From: Mustelus asterias
Lineage: Eukaryota
Length of the DNA stretch: 64,000 nucleotides
Assembly: GCF_964213995.1 (NCBI RefSeq)
Contig: NC_135819.1
Coordinates: forward strand, 61,566,001 to 61,630,000
Direction of reading: 5' to 3'
Shown: piece by piece, positions 50,696 through 60,522 of the stretch
Layout: every line of letters begins with the position of its first letter
Position numbering within the stretch: position 1 is the stretch's first letter
Translations under genes and position numbers: made by a program
The notes under the pieces: generated by a model
Database searches by the model: none
What the model was told of the DNA's origin: nothing
The model's input: only the letters and a program-made list of their open reading frames with translations

Positions 50696-53600
50696 GATTC
50701 ACAAACCTTCACTCAACCTTCATAGTCCTGGCATTGCAAGTTCGACCTTGCATCCATAAACTCGTGGCCCTACTTGGAGACAGCTGTGCCCATATCTCTG
50801 CTTGTATGACAGCAAGTGGCACTGAGCAATAATGTGTTTTGCTGGAAAACGCCTGCTCCCGCCTCCAAGCCTGGCCCTTCTCTCCCACAACCCTTCCACA
50901 AAATAATTCCTGGATTGTGATTTTTCTCTACTAATGTTTATATATTCTGCTGTGTTCTGTGCAGCTCCCTCGACTGTCTTTATTATATAACGTGCCTCAC
51001 CACACCACATGGAGTACAATTCACTAGGCTGTACAGTGTTGTTGTACAAACTCACGATCTCATGATAGAGGTAAAAATATTCCCAATGAGGCAAGCTGTT
51101 GTTTTCTCTGCATAATGAGAAATTTACCATATTTGAGATGTGGGAAATCTTTTCAAACAAGTGCCACATCTGACCTGGTGAACGGATGTAACTTTGTAAA
51201 GTGTGGGACTTGCTCTTTTGTATTTTTTGAGGGGTGGGGTTCTTGTGGAATATTTCCCTCCCTCCAGCCCATCTGCTTCAAGAAATCTTCAGTTTTGTGT
51301 TTCAAAAAAATGAATTCCAATTTCCTTTCGGAACCACCTCCTCCTTGGCTCCACTCTCCTGAGTGGGGAAGTGAGGAGCCAGGAATGTGCTATGGGTTAG
51401 GGTTCATTTAGATTGCCATGAATTGTGCTCCGTGTTCTGGAATAACTGTGTGCCACCAGATTCAGAAAATCACATTTGTATAAAAGTGCAGGATTTTAAA
51501 AAATGTACAAACCTAAATTTTGTATAAATGTTGCAGTAAGCTTGGAACTCACTTGCACAGTGTGTTTGAAATTATTTAAAAAATCAATTTGAGATTGGAA
51601 GATCTGAGAAAATAAGCCATTAGGGTTGAAATTGTATGTACAGGATGAATCCGTTTCAAATTGGGCCTCTGCAGGAGAAGCTACAAGATTCCTGGTCATT
51701 GAAATAATAACATCTGGGAATTGCCACCTTATGGATGAGCCAAGGGCAGAAAATTGCAGATCAAAATATGTTGAAAGAGCCAGATTTTCCCTTCTGATCC
51801 AATGCAGTGCAAGTGAACCTTTTGCCCTCTCCCTTCTGGGGATGCATCCGAGGTAGCACCTTCCTTTTATGCTACGTAGCTAAGCTGCAGTTTACTGCTC
51901 AAATAAAATGCAATTTATTAAAATGGAGTGGTGTTACTGATTTACGTTACTAATGAATACCTACAAAAAATTGCTACGATCCTGAATGAGATCCCCTCCC
52001 CGCCAAATTTTGCTTTAATTGCAAAGTAGATTACATTTGAAATCTGTTACCAAGAGAATAAAGCCACAAGATTCCACAGTTTTAAAACAAATGGAATAAA
52101 TTTTACTATGTGAGTTAAGAAAGCAGATAGCCAATACTATCTAATATTTAGGATTTATGAAGTAAACATGAATTAACGGACAAACTGGGGTCGGACACAC
52201 CACAAGCTGCAGATTAAATGGCACACAACCAAGACAGGTTTTACAAAATTTCTCAGCAACCCACGCGGAATCAGTTAGCACTGAGTCACAAAAGAATCCT
52301 TAAAGCTGTCTTCCTCACCAAGGGATTTTAGCTCCACTCCTTCAAAGAGCTAGTCTGATCCTCAGCTGACAGTAACTCTACTGGGGTTTCACAGGTAGAA
52401 TCTTGAAGCAAAAGACACACTTCCAGATTTCTCTCAAGTCCAGCCACCTTGATTTTTTCAGCTGAATTGTCTGACTGAGACTATGTTTTCCCCTTGTGTT
52501 GGCCAGGCTACACGCCAGCATCTAAACACAGGCATAGACCTAACCTCTCAGCTATGCTGCTGTCAACAACTACTGCTGGACTTCCCAGAACACCCAATTC
52601 TTAGCAATGTGGAGCTATCAATGATATCATGGCTCCTCTGAGCTGCAGCAGCAGGGAGCTGACTCCTCTGCTCCCTATGGGCTGTTATTCACCTAGATGT
52701 TATGGGATGATAGACTAAGCAAGAGGGAATTATTGAGAGGAGTTGGTTTTAAGAGATTAAAGCTATGGAAAGATTATTACATTTTTATTATCTTCCCACA
52801 CACTTTCCCTTTGGGGAAGTGTTGGACTGTCATGAATGTTCCTTCCATGGCCCACATGTTCTGAAGTGGAACTTAAACCTGGAGCTTCTAGCTCAGAGAT
52901 AGGGGTGCTATCTAATGAGCCATAAGCACTCTACGGGCAAGGCCATTCAGTGATTTGAAAACAAGGATGAGAATTTTAAAACCTGGAGTCAATGTCAGTT
53001 GAAGCAGGAGTGATGGATGAATGGGAGTTAGTGTCAGTTAGGACATGGGCAGCAGAGTTTTGAATGATCTCAAACTTGTAGAGTGCAGAACATGGAGACT
53101 GGCTAGGAGAGCTTTGGAATAAACAAGTTTCGAGATAACAAAGGTGTGGATGAAAGTTCTACAGCAGATAAGCTGAGGTAATGTTGAAGTTGGATATGCT
53201 TAGAGTTGGAAATAGATCTTAGTAATGGTGCAAATGTAGGGTAGGAAACATCGTGGTCAAATATAACAGCAAAATTATGAACATCCTAGTTCATTGCCAG
53301 GAAGAGGTTAGGTCCCTGGAGGACACCAGAGGTAACAATGCCAAAGGAAGGGAAAAAAGCCATTGCAAGTGATTTTCTGGCTACAACAGGATAGATATGA
53401 ATGAAACCAGCTATATACAGTGCTGTCAAGCCAAATGACAATTGAGAAAGTTGAGAGTAAAATGTCAGCTGTCAAAAACATCATTACAGTCAACCAGGGA
53501 TGTCATTTGACTCTGCTAAGTGTACTCTTGGCATTATGATGGGGTAGAAATCTGCTTAGAAGGAATCAAGCAAGTTTTGAGAAAGATGATAAAGCTACAC

Positions 53601-55073
53601 TGCAGGAATACATGCGTGAACAGAAGCAGCGTATTATAGCCAGTTCTAAGTAATCCTACAATCAACAGAGGGTCTGATCAAAGCTCAGCAGTCTTGTTGT
53701 GTTATGAATGGTAGGGGACTATTAAACAACCACGTAAGGAGGAGGCTCCAGGATCACCCCCATCCTTGATGATTGCAGAGCCCAGCTTGTGAATGCAAGA
53801 AACAACGCTAATGTGTTCACACCTTTCTTCAGCCTGCAGGGGAAAGTGTATGACCTATCCCTACCTCCTTGAGGTCCCTATCATCAAATGCCAGCCTTTG
53901 GCCAATCTAATTGACTTCACACCTCTTGACTACCCAAAGCCTGTCTACCATCTACAAGGCACAAGTCAGCAGTGTAATGGGATACTCCTAACATGCCTGG
54001 ATATGTGTAGCTCCAAAAACACAGAAGAAGCTTACAACAATCCAGGCCAAAGCAAACTGCTTGATCAGTTCCTCATCCATCTTAACATCCACTCCCTCTA
54101 CCATTGGTGCAGTGACAGCAGTATACCATCTACAAGATGCACTGCAGAAACTCAACAAAGTTCCTTCAACTGCACTTCCAAACCTGCAACCTCTCCCACT
54201 TCGGACAAGGACAACAGATGCATGGGAATATCATCACCTGCAAATTGTTTTCACACACCATCCCATCTTAGAATCATATCATTTTTCAGGGTTGGGTCAA
54301 AATTCTGGAATTCCTTCCTATCAACAGTATAGCAATGACAGATGGACTGCAACACTTGAAGAAGGTGGCTCACCACCACCTCCAAGGACAATTGGAGATG
54401 GGCAATAAATGCTGGCCAAGTCAGTGATGCCCATATCCTGTAAATTAATTTGTAAAAAAAAATGACATGTACCAGGTCTATGTACCTACAACCCTTTTAA
54501 AATTGAACCATTTAGTTCAGGTTGCCTCTCCTCACTCTTCCTGCAGGCCATGTCACACTTCTCTGCTCTAAATTCCATCTGCCCAATTTTACTAGCCTGT
54601 GTCCTCCTGAAGTCGGTTACTATCCTAATGGGTTTAGGACATTTCCAAGTTTCATATATGCTTATAAATACTTTTGTATTCCCTTTTATATAAGTTAATC
54701 TATTCTCATATTTCTTTGTCCTTCATTTGCTTTTTAAAATCATCTCTGTACTTTCTATTTTTGTTTGGTTCTTTACTGTATTATTGTCTGTTCTAAGGAG
54801 AACAATCATCTCGAGTCTCTCCACATAACTGAAGTCACTCATCCCTATACCATTCTGATAAATCACCTCCACACTCTCCCCAACATCTTGAGATCCTTCC
54901 TAAAGTGGACTGCCCCAAATTAAATCTAACTAGACAAGGGGAGGAGAGGAAGATTTGTGTTGACAACTCCAATAAAGTGAGAGTCTGGATGTGCCTGCCT
55001 GTCATCTCTGATTTTATGAAATTTATTTTGATAATTTGGTTTCATTTTGAATTTCCAGCAGTGAAAAGCTGAT

Positions 55074-56130
55074 AAGAACATAAGAACTAGGAGCATCTGG
55101 CCCCTCGAACCTGCTCCTCCATTCAATAAGATCATGGCTGATCTTTTGTGGACTCAGCTCCACTTACCTGTCCGCTCACCATAACCCTTAATTCCCTTAC
55201 TGTTCAAAACTTTATCTATCCTTGCCTTAAAAACATTTAATGAGGTAGCCTCAACTGCATCACTGGGCAGGGAATTCCACAGATTCACAACCCTTTGTGT
55301 GAAGAAGTTCCTCCTCAACTCAGTCCTAAATCTGCTTCCTCTTATTTTGAGGCTAGCCCCCTAGTTCTAGTTTCACCTGCCAGTGGAAACAACTTCCCTG
55401 CTTCTACATTATCTATTCCCTTCATAATCTTATATGTTTCTATAAGAACTCTGAATTCCAATGAGTATAGCCTCAGTCTCTCCTCATAAGCCAACCCTCT
55501 CAACTCCAGAATCAACCTAGTGAATCTCCTCTGCATCCCCTCCAGTGCCAGTATATCCTTTCTCAAGGAAGGAGACCAAAACTGTACACAGTACTCCAGG
55601 TGTGGCCTCACCAGCACCTTATACAGCTGCAACATAATCTCGCTGTTTTTAAACTCCATCCCTCTAGCAATGAAGGACAAAATTCCATTTGCCTTCTTAA
55701 TTACCTGCTGCACATGCAAACCAACTCCTTGAGATTCCTGCACAAGGACACCCAGGTCCCTCTGCACAGCAGCATGCTGCAATTCTTTACCATTTAAATA
55801 ATAGTCCATTTTGCTGTTATTTCTACCAAAATGGATGACCTCACATTTACCAACATTGTACTCCATCAGTCTCTTAGAGCCTGCTCTACCATTCAATAAG
55901 ATCATGGCTGATCTGGCTGCGATCTCTACTCCAATTTCCTGTCTGCCTCCCATAACCTTGATACCCTTGACTATCAAAAATTGGTCTTAACTCTGCCTTG
56001 AATAAATTCTATGATCCAGCCTTCACTGCTCTCTGGGGAACAGAATTCCACATACTAACGACTTTCAGAGAAAATAAATTCTCACCTCAGTCTTAAAAGG
56101 GAGATCTATTGGTCTTAAACTGTGTTGCCT
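55074..56130 (-). mobile_element. Two adjacent CR1 LINE 3' fragments
   Basis: [14 protein letters not shown]...[15 protein letters not shown]; taagaacataagaa tail. Confidence 0.85.
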
Positions 56131-56284
56131 GGTTCTAGTCTCATCCTCAGGACCTATACATACTCTGAATAATTTATTATAACATGCATCAATTTCTTGC
56201 ACAGAATATGCATTGTCCTTTGTTTTGAGGCCCTTCTGGGTAAAGATAAGGTGGTGGGAACTCTGACACATTCCTGGCATTAGC

Positions 56285-56545
56285 AGGAGTTTGCATGTTC
56301 TCCTTGTGGCAACTTGGTTTTCCACCAGATATTCCGGTTTTCTCCCACAATCCAAAGGTGTGTAGGTTAGGTTGATTGGCCATGCTAAATTGCCCCTTAG
56401 TGTCCCAAGATGTGTAGGTTAGGAGGATTAACAGGGTAAATCCGTGGGGTTACGGGGATAGGGCCTGGATAAATTGATCTGTCGGAGAGTCAATGCAGAC
56501 TTGATGGGCTAAATGGCCTCCTTCTACACTGTAGGGATTCTATGA
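56285..56545 (+). mobile_element. HE1-type V-SINE (5' truncated)
   Basis: V-core remnant and CR1-like tail. Confidence 0.8.
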
Positions 56546-56744
56546 AACTCAGCAGGTCTGGCAGCATCTGTGGAGTGAGAAACAGAGTTAACATTTTGAG
56601 TCCATATGTATATGACTTGAAACATTAACTCTGTTTCTCTCTCCACAGATGCTGCCAGACTTGCTGAGTTGATTCAGCATTTTCTGTTTTTATTTCAGAT
56701 TTCCAGCATCTGCTGTATTTTGCCTTTATTTGAGTGGTTTCTGC

Positions 56745-57170
56745 CAATGTCAGCTGTGGCTCAATTGGCAGCAGTCTTGCTGGAGTCAGATGATTGTAGA
56801 TTCAAGTCCACTTCAGGACTTGAGCACAAAACTCAAGACTGATACTTTAATGCAGTACTGAGGGAGCGCTGCATTGGTGGAGGTGCCATCTTTTGGATTA
56901 GACATAAAACCAAGGCCTCAGCTGCCTCTTTGGTGAACTATTTAATAGAAGAACCAGAGATTTATCTCTGGTGTCCTGACCAATTTTTATTCCTCAATCA
57001 GCATCACAAAAAACAGTTTCTGATCATCATCATATTATTATTTTGTGAAGTTTAAAGCAAGAAAATTGGCTGCTGCAATTCTTATATTACAACAATTGAA
57101 AAGTACTTCAGTTGTAAAGCACTTTGGGACGATCTGAGGTCATGCAAGTTACAATGCAAATGCAAGTCCT
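56745..57170 (+). mobile_element. DeuSINE/SacSINE1-like SINE
   Basis: Similar to 2270-2690. Confidence 0.65.
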
Positions 57171-57244
57171 TTTACATTGTTCTTAAAAATTCCATTCCTA
57201 TAACTGACGCTGGCACATATATTCTCCAAGAACCTTATTTGTCA

Positions 57245-58481
57245 TCAACTGAAGAGATTAACATAGGTTTTCATATGGCTGCGGATACTCTCAGCAATTT
57301 CCTGATCACTTTTATTCCTATTGTAGTAATCAGTAAAAAGCCCATCTGGGTTTAGAAGGTAGATTATGATGGTGTGGTCCACAATGTAATCATTGTCTTC
57401 ATCCTTGGGACCGGCACTGTAATATACCCGGAATGCCTTCCCCATCTCTTTAATCTGTTCGGCGGTCCCTGTCAGCCCCACCATGCGAGAGTGGAAATCC
57501 TTGATATACCGTGCCATCTCCTCTACCCCATCTCTCTCTGGATCCACTGTGATGAAGACGGGTTGAACTGGAGGCAGTGCTCTCTCCTTGTCTAAGATCT
57601 GCACAACGCTGGTTATCTTATCCAGCTCATCAGGACAGATGTCAGGGCAGTGAGTGAACCCAAAGTATAGCAGCACCCACTGGCCAAAGAAGTCCTTCTT
57701 GGTTCTGGATCTTCCAGTGTGATCCAGCAATTTGAAGTCGCCTTGACCAAGTGTTAACTTCTTTAGCTGTTCCTGGCGTTTCACCTTTTGCTGCTGCTCC
57801 TTTTCCAAGTGGACATAGAACCACAATCCCATTATTATCGTCCCAAAGAGACATATCACCATGAACTTAGTCCGCAGTCTGACCGGAGGGCTCACTACTG
57901 GCTTCTCTGAGCTTCTATTTGAGTTGGACTGTGAGAATGATCTGTGGGTCAGAAGTGTTGAACTGCCCAGACTAATATACACAATTTTGGGAGCCAGAGG
58001 GTAAATGTTGAGTAAGCTGCGGGTCATCAATTGCCTTCCCTGAGCTTGGAACTGTAGCTTCTTTATTGTGTGCTGACTTGGTGCTTTGCAAATTGTTAAC
58101 TGTGGGATAAATTGCACACTTTCCAATGGACAGTCCGGATGAGCTGCTGTGATCGGAGCTGCCGGGATAGTTAAGCTCTCAGTGAGCAATCCTCCTCCAT
58201 TGATAGAGTATAATCGGTTAGTGCCCATGTGGTCCAACATCTTTTGGCTGCAAACAGTGATTACAGATGGAGATTGTAAACGCCATCTCTCCCCTTGCCT
58301 AGTCCTGTGAGTTTTTGCTCGAGGGTGCCCTTTGCTGAGGCAGCTGGCATGCCGCAGGGCCGCTCCGCCATGAGTGCCCACATCTCCACTCCAGCAGATC
58401 ACTGGTTTCAGGAGGCTGCCGCTGACCAGCAGCTGCCAGCGTGAAGCGTAGCCTCTCAAACTCACAAACATCCCGGCAAAC
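57245..58481 (-). CDS. SCO2: Cytochrome c oxidase assembly protein SCO2, main coding exon
   Basis: TM helix [18 protein letters not shown]; thioredoxin-like SCO domain with [14 protein letters not shown] (CxxxC), [14 protein letters not shown]; uninterrupted domain exon and position next to NCAPH2 indicate SCO2 rather than SCO1; acceptor ttccctccgcag at 58482. Confidence 0.95.
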
Positions 58482-58631
58482 CTGCGGAGGGAAAGAGATC
58501 AAATCACAAAGATCCCGCGGCAAAACCTCACTCAACCGAGACCCACACCGACTCCAACGCACACACTCGGGAAACGCAGGCTGCGCGGCCTCCAGCCCCG
58601 CACACTCCCGCCGGCCCGCTCCGCCGTGTAC

Positions 58632-58696
58632 CTCCATCCAACGGCGGCTCTCGATCCCAGCATCGCCACTGCCTGGTGCCCCCGGGCCGCCGCCAT
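58632..58696 (-). CDS. SCO2: Probable SCO2 coding exon 1 (MAAARGHQAVAMLGSRAAVGW-R)
   Basis: ATG in AAAATGGCG context at 58696; donor GAG|gtacac at 58631; 150-nt intron joins in frame to main exon giving 433 aa. Confidence 0.6.
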
Positions 58697-58815
58697 TTTC
58701 CCGGTATTTTCAGGAACCGGCCGCCTCTCCCCGGTGAACTACAACTCCCGGCAGGCCGTGCGGGCGCGCATGCGCGGAGAAGAAAAACACCCGGATTCGG
58801 GCAACGGGTAAGAGC
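58690..58815 (-). promoter_or_regulatory. SCO2 CpG-island promoter with ZNF143-type, NRF1 and YY1 motifs
   Basis: ACTACAACTCCCGGCAGGC 58738-58756; GCGCATGCGC 58766-58775; CGCCATTTT 58691-58699. Confidence 0.75.
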
Positions 58816-58821
58816 GGGAAA

Positions 58822-60510
58822 CCAGAGAGAGAAAAATAACCCCCAAACCCTGAATGAAAAATAACCCCCAAACCCGGAGAGAAAAATAACCCCCAAACCC
58901 TGAGAGAAAAATAACCCCCAAACCCTGAGAGAAAAATACCCCCCAAACCCTGAGAGAAAAATAACCCCCAAACCCTGAGAGAAAAATACCCCCCAAACCC
59001 TGAGAGAAAAATAACCCCAAACCCTGAGAGAAAAATAACCCCAAACCCTGAGAGAAAAATAACCCCCAAACCCTGAGAGAAAAATAACCCCCAAACCCTG
59101 AGAGAAAAATAACCCCCAAACCCTGAGAGAAAAATAACCCCCAAACCCTGAGAGAAAAATAACCCCAAACCCTGAGAGAAAAATAACCCCAAACCCTGAG
59201 AAAAATACCCCCCAAACCTTAGTGAAAAATAACCCCCAAACCCTGAGAGAAAAATAACCCCAAACCCTGAGAGAAAAATAACCCCAAACCCTGAGAGAAA
59301 AATAACCCCAAACCCTGAGAGAAAAATAACCCCCAAACCCTGATAGAAAAATAACCCCCAAACCCTGAGAGAAAAATAACCCCAAACCCTGAGAGAAAAA
59401 TAACCCCAAACCCTGAGAGAAAAATACCCCCCAAACCCTGAGAGAAAAATAACCCCCAAACCCTGAGAGAAAAACACCCCCCAAACCCTGAGAGAAAAAT
59501 AACCCCCCAGGTCGGTGGTGACGTTCACGAGGGGTCATAGGATCAAGGTGAAGGGGGGGATGTTTAACACAGATATCAGAAGGACATATTTTACACAGAG
59601 GGTGGTGGGGGTCTGGAATGCGCTGCCAGGCAAGGTGGTGGAGGCGGACACACTGGGAACATTTAAGACTTATCTAGATAGCCATATGAACGGAGTGGGA
59701 ATGGAGGGATACAAAAGAATGGTCTAGTTTGGACCAGGGAGCGGCGTGGGCTTGGAGGGCCGAAGGGCCTGTTCCTGTGCTGTATTGTTCTTTGTTCTTT
59801 AAACCCTGATAGAAAAATAACCCCCAAACACAGAGAAAAAATAACCCCCAAACCCAGAGAGAAAAATGACCCCCAAACCCTGAGAGAAAGAAACCCCCAA
59901 ACCCTGAGTGAAAAATAACCTCCAAACCCTGAGAGAAAAATACCCCCCAAACCCTGAGAGAAAGATACCCCCCAAACCCCTGAGAGAAAGATACCCCCCA
60001 AACCCCTGAGAGAAAGATACCCCCCAAACCCCTGAGAGAAAGATACCCCCCAAACCCCTGAGAGAAGGAAACCCCCAAACCCTGAGAGAAAAATAATCCA
60101 CAAACCCTGAGAGAAATAAACCATGAGAGAAAAATAACCCCTAAACCCTGAGAGAAAAATAACCCCTAAACCCTGAGAGAAAAATAACCCCTAAACCCTG
60201 AGAGAAAAATAACCCCTAAACCCTGAGAGAAATAACCCCCCAAACCCTGAGAGAAAAATACCCCCAAACCCTGAGAGAAATAAACCCCCAAAACTCAAGA
60301 GAAAGAAAGCCCCAAATGCTGAGAAATAAACACAAATTCTGGGAGAAAAAAATCCCAGAGAGAAGCCTCCAAACCCTGAGAGAGAGAAAACCCTCAAACC
60401 GAAGAAAAAACCCAAACCCCGAGAGAAAGAAACTCCCAAACCTGAGAGAGAGAACCCCAATCCCGAAACAGAATAACCCCCAAACCTCAAGAGAGATAAA
60501 ATCCCCAAAC
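58822..60510. repeat. 24-26-bp minisatellite (AAAAATAACCCCCAAACCCTGAGAG)n, split by a CR1 insertion
   Basis: Dozens of units directly visible at 58822-59508 and 59801-~60500. Confidence 0.95.
59510..59800 (+). mobile_element. CR1 LINE extreme 3' end
   Basis: TRGHRIKVKGG...[13 protein letters not shown]; (ttgttct)n tail. Confidence 0.9.
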
Positions 60511-60522
60511 TGTGAGAGAGAT

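Noticed and set aside
58482-58531. Alternative SCO2 donor gtgagg at 58531
   Set aside because: Would give a 50-nt intron, too short for a typical vertebrate intron, and is preceded by an in-frame stop
58528-60508. Long F/G/L/V/W-rich ORFs (up to 336 aa) on the - strand
   Set aside because: Produced by the stop-poor minisatellite in several frames; no evidence of a real protein
58822-60510. Possible CRISPR-like or true telomeric array
   Set aside because: No unique spacers, eukaryotic context, and the unit is not (TTAGGG)n
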